A stretch of 64,000 nucleotides of DNA from Okeania sp. SIO2F4. GTDB taxonomy: Bacteria; Cyanobacteriota; Cyanobacteriia; Cyanobacteriales; Microcoleaceae. The DNA lies in NCBI RefSeq assembly GCF_010672385.1, contig NZ_JAAHGT010000021.1:223-64222 (forward strand). Direction: 5' to 3'. Position numbers and translations under genes: made by a program. The notes beneath the pieces are model-generated. The model saw only the letters and a list, made by a program, of their open reading frames with translations. It was not told where the DNA came from and searched no databases. Positions 17,567 through 27,734 of the stretch are shown in pieces (position 1 is the stretch's first letter; every line of letters starts with the position of its first letter).

Positions 17567-20500
17567 TTAATCTGATTTCGGCGGAATTTCTATGGGTTCT
17601 AAAGAACCAGGTCGAGTTGGTACAGGTTGAACAACGTCTGATTCAGGTGTTTCCAATTCTCCCGTTTGTGGAAAGGAAAATTGACTCGGACTACTAGACT
17701 CACTCGAACTACTAGACTGATAAGTTTGAATCATAATAGAGCGACTTTCTTGTTCTCCTAAACTATTAGTAACTTGCAAAGTAATTGTTTCAGAAAATGG
17801 AGCTTGGCTAATCATATAAGTCATTGAACCTTCCTTTTCTACAACATCAGCAAGAGGTTGTAATTCAACTTGAATTCCTTCTCCACCTTCTACTTTCCAT
17901 CCTAATTGAATAAATACGGGTGAACTAATGGCAATAGGTGGATAATTTACAACAGGTTGAGTAATCAATTGATCGTTAACTTTAAATTCAATCTTTATTG
18001 GTGTTGGCGTTACTTTAACTGGGGGTGAAATTTTGGTAAATTTGACATTTTCTTCTGCTTTTTTAGAAATAACTTCAAGCTGAAATGTATGTTCTCCAGG
18101 GGGAAAGTTTTTTATTGGCACATCTCTACAAATTAGTAGATAGTCAACCGCTTGAGAAATTGAACAAAATGAGCTAACTTGACTGGGATATTGATATCTT
18201 TGAACCTCTTGACTAGAACCATTTTGATCTTGAGCTGTGATAATGAATAATTTAATTTGGTTAGGATTTTGAATTACCCAATTTAATTTTATCGGCTCTT
18301 TTTGAGCTTCTTCATAAACCTCTTTTGATACTGTAAATTGCTTAATTTCAGGTAAAGGTTCTGGTTGAACAACGATAGTATTCTGTAATGCTTGAGAGTC
18401 TGAGGGTTCTTTCTGGTTTGATAAAGAGTAAACCGCTACTTTGAATGTATGATTACCGGGTTCAATCAAGCTAGTATTTAAGCTCCACTGACAGCTTAAA
18501 TTTTCCGGGTTATTTGCAACTTTACAATCTAACTTACCCAAAAGATTTCTGGTATCTTTTTGCAGAATTTGAGCGTTTTCTAAATCTTGAATATAAGAAT
18601 AAGAAGCAGCTTTTGTAACTTGATTACTATCCTGAGTAATAATTTCAAATTGAGTTAATTGACTCCGATTTTTAATATCAAATTGCAGAATAATTGGTTC
18701 TTTTTTGGCTTCTTCATAAACCGCTTTTGATGCTGTAAATTGTTCAATTTCAGGTAAAGGTGCCGGCTGCACAACAATAGTATTCTGTAATGCTTGAGAA
18801 TCTGAAGCTTCTTTCAGGTTTGATAAAGAGTAAACTGCTACTTTGAATGTATAATTTCCAGGTTCAATCAAGCCAGTATTTAAGCTCCACTTACAACTTA
18901 AATTTTCTGATTTATCTCCAACCTCACAAACCAAGTCACCCCAAAGATTTTTGGTATCTTTCGGTTGAATTTGACCATTTTTTAGAATATAAGAAGCAGC
19001 TCTGGTAACTCGATCGCCATCTTGAGTAATAATTTCAATTTGATTTAATTGACTCTGATTTGTAATATCAAATTGCAGAATGATTTCTTCTTGTTGAATT
19101 CTTGAATAAGTTGATTTAGAAGAAGCTATCTTATTAATTTGAGATAATATAGGTTGAGGTTTAGGAGTGACTTCAATTGTATCAGTTTTACTAGAATCAG
19201 AAGACTTTTTTGATGAACGTTTTCTAAATAATTGATCGATAGATTTGGGAAAAGCTTCTATCTCAAAAATATATTTATCAGGAGGAAGAGGAGTAAGAGT
19301 CAGAGTACACTCAAGAGCGCATTGACTCTTGTTCTGAGCTTCAATTTTGCATTCTTTTTGATTCTGGCTATCATTTTCAGTATTTGATGAAGGCTTTCTA
19401 AATAGCTTATCAATAGTTTTTTTAAACAGATTACTATGGCTATCTTCAATCAATTTACATTCATGATTTTTATTAACTAATTCTGGTAAATTAAGTTTTT
19501 CATTGTCAAATAAATAGCTTTTCAAGTCACTACTTCCTTGACTATCAATCCTAGTAAAAACAATTTTTTCTAACTCTTGAGGATGACGAATTTCCCAATT
19601 AATTTTAATCGGTACACCTTCTTGATATTTTGATAATTTATTAATTGTGCTAAACTGGTTAATCTTAGGTAGAGGTGGCATTTTGAAGAAATTCCACCAA
19701 ATTGCTAATGCTGTTCCCGCTAAAAGACTTAATACCAATAAAATCAATAGCCATAAATGCCACCAAGGACTTTTATCCCAAACTAAAATTCCTTCTAGCG
19801 AGGGTTCCTCTAACGGTAAGTTTTGAACATCCTCTAACTCAACATCAAAGGGAAGTTCCAAAGGTGGTCTGGGAATTAAACGTCGCCATCGCCAACCTTT
19901 CCGTTCAACTTGTAAATTAATGGTCTTACTTTTACTCGGAAAAATTCGCACATCTGACTGCGGTGAGAGAACATAATTCCAAAGCTTTTCTTGCTGTATA
20001 AAGTTTGTCGCTAAAATCAGATCGCGTCTCGTATTCCCTTCGTTAGTTAATTTAATATCAAAATCAGCTTTACCTTCTTTGACTTTATTTTTAGTTGGTT
20101 GAAGTGTACATTGCAAATTATATTCTGGTAAAATTAATAAATAAAAGACTCGAATAATAAGCTGAGACTCATTATTTTTTGAAATAAGTTGAATAGTGGG
20201 AAAGTAATTTCCAGCAGGAGTATATTTAGGTGGATGCAATATTAACTGAATCTCTCCTGGGGGGTCTTCTGGATTGAGTTCAAGTCCGTCTGTCTCGCGA
20301 ATTAATCCGGGTAGATTTGTATTAACTTCAGGATAACGAACATCATACCAATCTTCGTCTAGATCGGGACAAATAATATAAAATCGATCCACTAATTTAG
20401 AGCGATTTTTTATTTGAATTGGAATTTCTACTTTTTCTCCAGCTTGAAGTTCATGGGGTTTATTTGGATTAGTAGAAGGAAGGATAAATTCAGGTTCATA

Positions 20501-20896
20501 GTCTGACTCTGTTTCCCGTTCTAAACGAACTCGAAGTTGTTGAGGACGACGAAAAACTTGATCGGGATATTGTTCGGGTGCTTCAGCAAATACGGTGTAG
20601 TGGTAAGTTCCTGGTGACGCTTGCTGGGGAACTTCAAATTGAATCTCAATTGATTGAGACTCCTCTGGTTTCAGTCGGAGACGATTATTAATCGACGATC
20701 GCTCGTCTATAATTGTACACCATCTTTCTATCGGCTTTGAACGAGAATCGTTTGCTTTGATCCAAAGAACAATATTTAATTCTTGGCTATCAGAATTGGT
20801 AACTTTTAAGCGATATTTCTCGGTTAAACCTCGTAAAATCTTGAGGCTTTTTTGAGACTCTTCCTGTATAAAAATGGGTGTTCGGGTTGATTGCAT
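17567..20896 (-). CDS. 1109-aa single-pass membrane protein built of repeated beta-sandwich (CARDB/NEW3/Ig-like) modules
   Basis: The N-terminal ~370 aa show repeated 'G....F.V.V.N.S' / 'PG.Y.F.V' patterns. One TM helix (WWHLWLLILLVLSLLAGTALAIWWNFF). After it come at least three ~130-aa internally repeated modules (for example '...ILQFDI.N.SQL.Q.EIITQD...SCKWSLNTGLIEPGNYTFKVAVYSLSN'). Confidence 0.6.
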   Translation of the reverse strand: MQSTRTPIFIQEESQKSLKILRGLTEKYRLKVTNSDSQELNIVLWIKANDSRSKPIERWCTIIDERSSINNRLRLKPEESQSIEIQFEVPQQASPGTYHYTVFAEAPEQYPDQVFRRPQQLRVRLERETESDYEPEFILPSTNPNKPHELQAGEKVEIPIQIKNRSKLVDRFYIICPDLDEDWYDVRYPEVNTNLPGLIRETDGLELNPEDPPGEIQLILHPPKYTPAGNYFPTIQLISKNNESQLIIRVFYLLILPEYNLQCTLQPTKNKVKEGKADFDIKLTNEGNTRRDLILATNFIQQEKLWNYVLSPQSDVRIFPSKSKTINLQVERKGWRWRRLIPRPPLELPFDVELEDVQNLPLEEPSLEGILVWDKSPWWHLWLLILLVLSLLAGTALAIWWNFFKMPPLPKINQFSTINKLSKYQEGVPIKINWEIRHPQELEKIVFTRIDSQGSSDLKSYLFDNEKLNLPELVNKNHECKLIEDSHSNLFKKTIDKLFRKPSSNTENDSQNQKECKIEAQNKSQCALECTLTLTPLPPDKYIFEIEAFPKSIDQLFRKRSSKKSSDSSKTDTIEVTPKPQPILSQINKIASSKSTYSRIQQEEIILQFDITNQSQLNQIEIITQDGDRVTRAASYILKNGQIQPKDTKNLWGDLVCEVGDKSENLSCKWSLNTGLIEPGNYTFKVAVYSLSNLKEASDSQALQNTIVVQPAPLPEIEQFTASKAVYEEAKKEPIILQFDIKNRSQLTQFEIITQDSNQVTKAASYSYIQDLENAQILQKDTRNLLGKLDCKVANNPENLSCQWSLNTSLIEPGNHTFKVAVYSLSNQKEPSDSQALQNTIVVQPEPLPEIKQFTVSKEVYEEAQKEPIKLNWVIQNPNQIKLFIITAQDQNGSSQEVQRYQYPSQVSSFCSISQAVDYLLICRDVPIKNFPPGEHTFQLEVISKKAEENVKFTKISPPVKVTPTPIKIEFKVNDQLITQPVVNYPPIAISSPVFIQLGWKVEGGEGIQVELQPLADVVEKEGSMTYMISQAPFSETITLQVTNSLGEQESRSIMIQTYQSSSSSESSSPSQFSFPQTGELETPESDVVQPVPTRPGSLEPIEIPPKSD

Positions 20897-20925
20897 CCTG
20901 AATATCTCCAGTTAAATTAGACTCA

Positions 20926-23442
20926 CTACCGAGGTTTTCGTTCATTCATACAGTCTTCATTTTTAATCTTAATTTTTTTGATATTTACATAATGATTTTC
21001 TCCATCAAATGTCAGGCGAATTTCTTCCTTAAAAGTTTTAATATCGACGCTATTGAGTCTGGTGTCTGGAAATTGAGCTACAACTTTTCCCTTTGTGGTA
21101 AGTAGTTCTCCATTGGGATTGAGTGACCATAACATAACTCGTCCATCATCTCCAGTACTCGCAAGATAGCAGCCATTTTGACTTAATGCAACTGTCCGAA
21201 CGGGTTGACCTTTATGGCCATCATTCCACTGTTCTAGACGAGCTGCTGAACAATTCAGAGTCTCACCTCTTCCTGGCGACTGTTCAATACATTGACGAAT
21301 TTTATCAAGGTTCCACAACGTAATATATCCCTCTGTGTCTGCACTAGCTAATAGATTTGGGAAGCTAGTATTATTAATTTCTTCATGAGTTGCTAGATTG
21401 GTAATATAATTATATTGGTTAATCAATTTATTGCTTTTATCTTCCCAATTGTAGGGAAAGTAATACAACTTATTACGATTCTTATTTTTACTCCCTTCTG
21501 CTTTTAAACAAGTATCCTCACTACCGTATTCAGAATAATAGTAATAATAATAATAACAGTAGTATTCCATCTCATTTTTATCTTTATAAAGTGGATTCCA
21601 ATTTTCCCATGTTTCCCAATTTTCCCAAATTGCTAACTTGTTATACTGACCTGCAAAAAAGACTAATCGAGGTTGATTTCGGCGTTCGCTGATGGCTAGA
21701 GTTAGTAATGCAAAGGGTTGTTTAAAAATTAATTCTCGACCAATTCTCTGGTTATCTTCATAGAGTTCATAGGTTTCGGCAAGAGGTTCAAGTCCAGACT
21801 GTTTTTTTTGCTTACGAGTTGGTATATTTGATGAATTCAAGCCAGAATCAATTGCCTCTAAATCCCAGACTCGTACCATTCCACTGCCATGTGCACTTAA
21901 TAAATAACGAGAATCTTTAGTAAACTCTAAGCCAAAAACACGGTCATTTTTATTTTCTTTAAGATAAAGGGTTCCTTGAATTTGTTGATTCGTAACATTC
22001 CAAAGATTAATTTCTCCAGTCTCTAAACCGGCTGCAACTTGTTGATTATCTTCCGGCAAAAAACGAACAACACGCACTGCTTTTTCATTGTTATCAGTAA
22101 TGACTTGTGGAGGTTCAAGTTGATTTCCCTCCACTTGCCAATAGCGAATACTCCGATCGCTCGAACCACTAATTACGGTATTAGCTTTACCGTCAAAAGC
22201 AACAGAATTCACTGGCTCGGTATGATGATTTTTTGGTGTGAGTAACCACCACAATGCTCCAAACAAAAGCATTAGCAGTAAGGCTAATAATTGCAACCAA
22301 AATGGAATAATAGGCTTAACATCTAGAGTAATTGTTTGAGCTTCAGGCTTGATAAATACTGAGGTATTACTTTCACTATCTTGATTTAATAAATAAGGTT
22401 TCAGGTTGAATTGAAGTTTATTTCCCATCCCCAACCAAGACCGAACTTGACTCACTTTCAATTTTTGTATAGCTGATTCTTCTGGATAGATTGTATAAAA
22501 ATTAAACCCAGTATAAAGATAGCGAGATTGCTGCTCGTCATATTCGACAAAGAGTTCTTGTTCTTGTCCTTGCTCAGACAAAATAGTAAGATGATGAGGT
22601 TGTTTAGTTCTTTCAAAGATATCAAAATTAATATCTTGAATCATGTTACTATAATTATCGAGTTGAATTTCATAATTGACGCTGTTGTTCCATCGAATTC
22701 CCGATAAAACCTGCTCAGTAGGATCGCATTCCCAATTGATAATTCCCTTCGGTAAAACTTCAAGCTTTCCCGAAACTTCGGGTTCAGGTTGAATCATTCT
22801 ATCCGTTTGAGCCATGATTTTAAAGCTGTAAATTCCACTCAAGGCTTTCCCTTCTTCAGGTGGTTTACACTCAAAAGTCACAAATTGGGGTTCACCTGGA
22901 TTAAGTTCTGTAATTTGTTTTTTGGTTCCATCAATTATCCAGTTTGGATCGAGCTTCTCTTCTCCTTGAAACGTCAAATTTACTGCCATTACATCGTGAC
23001 TATAATTTGAGACCTTAACAGGAATTTCAATAATTTCGCCAGGATATCCTTGAACTTTAGGATGGAGAATCTCTAATTCTAGAGGTTTTATGGGTGCTTC
23101 CAGCTTTAAAGTCAGTGTTTCTGTAGCGAAAAGTTGTGGATTTTCTACGGCAATTGCTCTAACGGTTAATTTTAATTCATTTTCATAACCAGAACGAGGA
23201 GAACGATGAATATTGACTGTAAATTCAGTTGTTGCACCAGGAGGTTTCTTGGTAGCAACTTCAGGCTTTGTGCTGTACCATTTTATCTGGGATTCTGGAT
23301 CGAGTCCAGGTATCATTATATCTAGATAAAAACTATAAAAATCTTGGCTGTAGTTTGTGACAGAAGCTTTGAAATAACCAGGTGAACCAGGCTGAAATTT
23401 AATATATTCCGATTCAAGTTCTAATCTAACAAAATCTATCAT
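20926..23442 (-). CDS. 838-aa membrane protein: N-terminal beta-sandwich repeats, one TM helix, C-terminal WD40 propeller with an aromatic low-complexity insert
   Basis: TM helix 'IIPFWLQLLALLLMLLFGALWWLL'. WD40 units include 'VNSVAFDGKANTVISGSSDRSIRYWQV', 'GSGMVRVWDL', 'EGYITLWNL' and 'STGDDGRVMLWSL'. The insert reads 'WENWETWENWNPLYKDKNEMEYYCYYYYYYYSEYG'. Confidence 0.65.
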   Translation of the reverse strand: MIDFVRLELESEYIKFQPGSPGYFKASVTNYSQDFYSFYLDIMIPGLDPESQIKWYSTKPEVATKKPPGATTEFTVNIHRSPRSGYENELKLTVRAIAVENPQLFATETLTLKLEAPIKPLELEILHPKVQGYPGEIIEIPVKVSNYSHDVMAVNLTFQGEEKLDPNWIIDGTKKQITELNPGEPQFVTFECKPPEEGKALSGIYSFKIMAQTDRMIQPEPEVSGKLEVLPKGIINWECDPTEQVLSGIRWNNSVNYEIQLDNYSNMIQDINFDIFERTKQPHHLTILSEQGQEQELFVEYDEQQSRYLYTGFNFYTIYPEESAIQKLKVSQVRSWLGMGNKLQFNLKPYLLNQDSESNTSVFIKPEAQTITLDVKPIIPFWLQLLALLLMLLFGALWWLLTPKNHHTEPVNSVAFDGKANTVISGSSDRSIRYWQVEGNQLEPPQVITDNNEKAVRVVRFLPEDNQQVAAGLETGEINLWNVTNQQIQGTLYLKENKNDRVFGLEFTKDSRYLLSAHGSGMVRVWDLEAIDSGLNSSNIPTRKQKKQSGLEPLAETYELYEDNQRIGRELIFKQPFALLTLAISERRNQPRLVFFAGQYNKLAIWENWETWENWNPLYKDKNEMEYYCYYYYYYYSEYGSEDTCLKAEGSKNKNRNKLYYFPYNWEDKSNKLINQYNYITNLATHEEINNTSFPNLLASADTEGYITLWNLDKIRQCIEQSPGRGETLNCSAARLEQWNDGHKGQPVRTVALSQNGCYLASTGDDGRVMLWSLNPNGELLTTKGKVVAQFPDTRLNSVDIKTFKEEIRLTFDGENHYVNIKKIKIKNEDCMNERKPR

Positions 23443-23449
23443 ATTATTG

Positions 23450-23640
23450 TAAATAAGGTTGATTTAAAACTTTTTCGCACTAAGAGCAATTATGATAACT
23501 GCTTCATAAAACTGATATAAAACGTCACATAGGGTGATATTTTAATGTTTACTTCCTGCTTCAATCGGAACTGTCGGCAGCACTCCGTCCACAGGCATTG
23601 ACGGTCAAGCCGACCGCATCCCTCAAATTAAGACTGGCAT
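23450..23640 (-). ncRNA. Expected location of the TnpB omega (RE-derived guide) RNA; boundaries not determined
   Basis: Positional inference only. In characterised TnpB elements the guide RNA overlaps the 3' end of tnpB and the right end. I could not define a structure by eye. Confidence 0.2.
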
Positions 23641-24667
23641 TCAGATCGCGGTCTATGGATATGCCACATTCAGGGCAATCAAAAGTTCTCACATTTAATG
23701 GCATATCCTGAACATGACCGCAGTTTGAGCAAGTCTTTGATGATGGAAAAAATCTATCCACAACTACTAGGTTAGAGCCGTACCACTCACACTTGTACTC
23801 AAGTTGTCGCCTGAACTCATAAAATCCTTGATCGGCTATAGACTTAGCTAGCTTATGGTTAGCCAACATACCCCGAACATTCAAATCTTCAATTGACACA
23901 ATGCTGTGGTTTTTAGCTAGATAAGTTGTCAATTTATGAAGCACGTCTTTACGGATATTAGCTACCTTTATGTGTACCTTGGCAATTTTAAGCTGCGCCT
24001 TTTTCCAGTTAGTAGAACCAATCTTTTTATTTCGGTTAAGGTATTGTAAATTAGAGAGCTTGTTTTCAAATTTCTTGTAAGATTTAGCACCTTCAAAAAC
24101 CACTTCTGTGCTAATGGTGGCTAAATTTTTCACACCTAAATCAACACCTACGACTTCAGTAGTCTTTGGAGTTGAAGCCGGAGTAAATTCATAGCTGCAA
24201 CTTAAGTACCAATCGCCTGCGTGTCTACTAATGGTTATTTTTTGAGTAGTTGCCTCAATCGGTTCATAAGTTTTTACAATACCAATAAGAGGTAATTTAT
24301 GACACCAACCATTTAGTTCTATTGGTTTTCCACAATTATCTATTGTGAAAGAATCAGACCTACCTTTCTTCTTAAACTTTGGATGTTTACCTAACCCTTG
24401 AAAAAACCTCTTAAATGCTTCACCCAAGTTTCGGAAAGCGTACTGATAAACTCTAGACGACAAGTTTTTCATCCAAGGATAAAGTGGTTTTGTGTGGTTG
24501 GTAAAAACTTCTCTAAGCTTACGGACATTGGGCTTATAACCATCAATATATGTAGCATTCCATAAACTTAAACCCCAGTTATAACACCAGCGTGAATAGC
24601 CAGCGTGTTGAGCCATCAGAGTTTTCTGCTTATTATTAAGTTTCAGCTTTGTTCTAATGGATTTCAT
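23561..24667 (-). CDS. tnpB: TnpB (IS200/IS605-family OrfB, RuvC-like RNA-guided nuclease), with no adjacent tnpA
   Basis: 368 aa. N-terminal 'KLKLNNKQKTLMAQHAGYSRWCYNWGL', 'VVGVDLGVKNLAT' (RuvC-I), 'IVSIEDLNVRGM' (RuvC-II), a zinc ribbon 'CSNCGHVQDMPLNVRTFDCPECG' and 'DRDLNASLNL' (RuvC-III). Confidence 0.85.
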   Translation of the reverse strand: MKSIRTKLKLNNKQKTLMAQHAGYSRWCYNWGLSLWNATYIDGYKPNVRKLREVFTNHTKPLYPWMKNLSSRVYQYAFRNLGEAFKRFFQGLGKHPKFKKKGRSDSFTIDNCGKPIELNGWCHKLPLIGIVKTYEPIEATTQKITISRHAGDWYLSCSYEFTPASTPKTTEVVGVDLGVKNLATISTEVVFEGAKSYKKFENKLSNLQYLNRNKKIGSTNWKKAQLKIAKVHIKVANIRKDVLHKLTTYLAKNHSIVSIEDLNVRGMLANHKLAKSIADQGFYEFRRQLEYKCEWYGSNLVVVDRFFPSSKTCSNCGHVQDMPLNVRTFDCPECGISIDRDLNASLNLRDAVGLTVNACGRSAADSSD

Positions 24668-25119
24668 CTATGGGTGAGTGCAACCTGTCTAAAAGTATGC
24701 TTTTTTTGCGTATTATATCGTTTTTCTTTGATTAAGTCAATTCTCTCTACTGAAAGCGTTGACTAGATTTCTACTTTGTAGCTTTCTGGTTTACCATCTG
24801 TTTACCATCTCAAATGATGTCAGACTACCTCTGTTCTTAAAAGAGGTATTGTATTCAAAACAAATTTTTACCTTGTACTTAGGCTTGGAGTTGGACTTAC
24901 TCATCTCTAACTTGTGCGGATTTTTTGTGCCATACCCTGCTATTTCTAGCCTATTTTCATCTTTTAGATACTGGTGGCGAAATATTACTTAACATTTGAG
25001 AAAACAAAAAAGCCCAATTCTGTACCTTGGCTAATTCCTCTGCCCAATTTCAAGTAAAACTCCAAAGCTCCGCCCTCCCCACTCCCAAAGTGGGGCCAAA
25101 CACTGGCCCTATTCTTAAC

Positions 25120-25410
25120 CTAACCTGCTACCCCATCAGGTGGCGGCCCTAAAGCCAACCGCAACTCCTCAAAAAACTCCACAGGCATAACCCCCAACAA
25201 CCCACTCAACAAACCAATAAGCGTATCAACAAACAAAAAATCCAGAATTTTCCGTCCAAAAATCTTAACTACCACCACCACTTCACTTGCTAATTCCTCC
25301 ACCGTAATCAAACTATCCTTAAAATCCTGCAACAGAGCAGGTATCCCAATCTCTAAAATAGTCACAGCATCCTCAAACCAAAGATCCACAAGAGTTTCAC
25401 TGCTGTGCAT
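25120..25410 (-). CDS. Hypothetical 96-aa protein (last gene of the orphan cassette)
   Basis: ORF only. It lies in a locally GC-richer segment, directly downstream of 25426-26049. Confidence 0.35.
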   Translation of the reverse strand: MHSSETLVDLWFEDAVTILEIGIPALLQDFKDSLITVEELASEVVVVVKIFGRKILDFLFVDTLIGLLSGLLGVMPVEFFEELRLALGPPPDGVAG

Positions 25411-25425
25411 TTTGTTATTATCTAA

Positions 25426-26049
25426 TTAAGTTAGTGCAGGCAAACGACCTTCAACCCTCTGATATTGCCTAGTTAACAGCCAAGTTTGACTAGCTTCGTA
25501 GGTATCGCCAGCAAAAGATAGTTGGTAATTTTCAGAGGGATTATAAACATAGCTTTGACCTGAAGTATTGGTGATTAAAATTAACACTTGAGGGGGGAAA
25601 GCAGTGCGGTCTATCCACAGTTCGGTAAACTGTAAATTGAGAGCCTTATTTGCCTGAATTTCTACTTCTGGTAAATCTTCGACTTGTTGGAAACGTTGTC
25701 GCAACACCGTTAATATAGTTTCATCGCTGCTTTCTACATCGTAAGCACTGCTATCTACGGCGCGAACGATTATATTTGGCTCCGGTGCGTTGTATGGGTA
25801 GCCTACGAATGTGCCGTCGATGACTTGGGTGATGTTGCTGGCTATTTGTAACAGGGTTTCTCCAGAGACTCGAGTTTGGGTATCAGCTAGTTGGTGGAGG
25901 CTATCGCTATCGGTTCCCAGACATTCAATATCTGATATTTCCCATTCTGTGCTGGCAAGTTTGTGGCCGAGTAATTGGAGAATATCGGCGAGATTAACTG
26001 CTAGGGTGTTGTTATTCGGTTTGCGATCGCTTATGGTGATTCCGCGCAT
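25426..26049 (-). CDS. Hypothetical 207-aa protein, a candidate immunity protein for the upstream toxin fragment
   Basis: The ORF starts 17 nt after the stop of the truncated ORF at 26066-26415. No recognisable motif; the call rests on position. Confidence 0.35.
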   Translation of the reverse strand: MRGITISDRKPNNNTLAVNLADILQLLGHKLASTEWEISDIECLGTDSDSLHQLADTQTRVSGETLLQIASNITQVIDGTFVGYPYNAPEPNIIVRAVDSSAYDVESSDETILTVLRQRFQQVEDLPEVEIQANKALNLQFTELWIDRTAFPPQVLILITNTSGQSYVYNPSENYQLSFAGDTYEASQTWLLTRQYQRVEGRLPALT

Positions 26050-26065
26050 ATTTTCTCCTTTGATT

Positions 26066-26415
26066 CTAGTCTGGTTGTTCTAAGAGTTCGGCTGCGCCTC
26101 TGACAAAGCCAGAAGTAGTACCTATCTTGGGGTCGTTGATGTAGAAACGGTGTTGATGTGGAGGTCTGGGATGTCCGGGGCGCATCCTGCCAGTACGGGG
26201 AAAGGTGGGAGTGGTGAAGTCAATGTCGCGCACCGGATGGTTGCTTGCATCATATTCCCGTCTTTGATAAATTCTGTTATTAATTGTATCCCACCGCAGC
26301 ACTGAATGAGGACCTATTGCGTTGGTGTCTGGTCCTGAAATTCTGGAGGGTCGAGCGCTTTTGTCAAGTGGGGTTCCATCTGCATAGAGGAGCGTAAAAT
26401 TCTGGTTGTGAGGGC
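26066..26415 (-). pseudogene. 5'-truncated ORF, possibly an orphan C-terminal toxin module
   Basis: The frame is open from 26415 with no ATG; only a GTG at 26302 gives the 78-aa track ORF. It encodes '...NRIYQRREYDASNHPVRDIDFTTPTFPRTGRMRPGHPRPPHQHRFYINDPK...'. 'Y.R.EYDA.N....ID' is reminiscent of YD/RHS repeat ends. Weak call. Confidence 0.25.
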
Positions 26416-26641
26416 ATCAAGCATTAGAAAGTTTTTAGATTGAAGATTGATTTTTTAATTGTATCATAAATTGGCAGATATACACAGCTAAATTATTAAC
26501 AATTAAAGCATTAATAATTATCTGCAATAATCTGCTTTTTTTCATGGTTATTTTGATTATTAATTTCAGGTATTTACTGTTGATAATTCAGGTATTTATA
26601 GTACAATATCTAATATATGTAGAAAAGGAAAATTTTGACAA

Positions 26642-27133
26642 ATGGGTAATAAAGCAAATCGCATTCAAAAAAAGAATAAAAGGCGGGAGAAAAATAAAAC
26701 ATCTGGTATCAATAAGAGGATATCCAGCATTGAAGCTCACTAACAGATAGTATCAATTCAACAATCATTATCACAAATTGAACAACTGTTAAAAGAAGAA
26801 GTCAACAATCTTGAATCTGAAGATAGTGCTTTTAATAGTTTAATTTGTGTGGCATATTTGCACAAAGCAATTGAACTGGCCAACAACCTGAGAAAAAATG
26901 GGTATCACAAAATAATAAATCCAGAAATACAAACCAAGACTAAATCTTGTATAGAATTATTGGAAAGAATAACTGATGATAATGATGATGATAAATTAGT
27001 AGAAATAGCACCATTACCTAAAAAAAGGGAAACTGCTGAAACATTACCTACGAAACACAATATATATGGATATTCCCAACCTGACTATTCGGCCTGGAAT
27101 TTAGACCCATCGTCATCTTTAGTTATGGCATAG
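26642..27133 (+). pseudogene. Hypothetical gene interrupted by an in-frame TAA at 26741-26743
   Basis: ATG 26642 (aaggaaa lies upstream) reads MGNKANRIQKKNKRREKNKTSGINKRISSIEAH*QIVSIQQSLSQIEQLLKEE... It continues in frame, with no further stop, into the track ORF 26849-27133, which has only a GTG start and no RBS. Confidence 0.45.
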
Positions 27134-27272
27134 CTACGCCCTCCACACTCTTAAAGTGGGGTCATTTTTCCTGTTTTTTTTGATTAATTTTCTATAAATT
27201 AACAACAATATTTTTCATCAAGATTAGTTGGGTTTGGATAGTGCAAAAACAAGATTTTAAGGAGGATAAATT

Positions 27273-27725
27273 ATGGGCAAACAAGCAAAGTTGAGAGCGG
27301 GTAGGCGGGTAGAGAATAATTTTACTAATTTTACCCCGTTTTTAAATTTTGATGTAGAAACCCTAGAATACGTCAACAATAAATATTCAAATGTAAGTTT
27401 TAATTCCTTAACTCTAGACTGGGAACCTCATATTTTTTTTATGTGTCATGTAGTATTTCCAACAAATACTAAAAGTACAGGATTAATGTTTTTTGGGTTT
27501 AAAGATACTATTGATAAATATGAATACCAAGCTGTTATATTTTGGCCTAATCATATGAAGAAAGATCAAACTAAATATAAAATGTTGGTTGAATTAGGTA
27601 TGAAAAAATATGATTCACTTTTGTATAAAGCTATTTATAGCGATATAGAAAAATTACCTGAAATAGATAGGATTTCCATCCACAACATTTTTTTTAAATT
27701 TACAGAAGTCAAGAATAAAAGTTGA
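27273..27725 (+). CDS. Hypothetical 150-aa protein
   Basis: ATG preceded by aaggagga at good spacing. No recognisable domain. Confidence 0.5.
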   Translation: MGKQAKLRAGRRVENNFTNFTPFLNFDVETLEYVNNKYSNVSFNSLTLDWEPHIFFMCHVVFPTNTKSTGLMFFGFKDTIDKYEYQAVIFWPNHMKKDQTKYKMLVELGMKKYDSLLYKAIYSDIEKLPEIDRISIHNIFFKFTEVKNKS

Positions 27726-27734
27726 CCAACTGCT

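Noticed and set aside
5802-23442. Calling the locus a complete extracellular contractile injection system
   Set aside because: Only tube-family proteins and a tape-measure-position protein are present. I found no sheath, baseplate (gp25/gp6/gp7-like), spike/VgrG, PAAR, cap or AAA+ ATPase motifs in any frame of the neighbouring genes.
24759-26750. Track ORFs 24759-24992(+), 25811-26083(+) and 26544-26750(+)
   Set aside because: None has an RBS or a motif. 25811-26083 is antisense to the 207-aa gene, and 26544-26750 is out of frame with the better-supported 26642-27133 reading.
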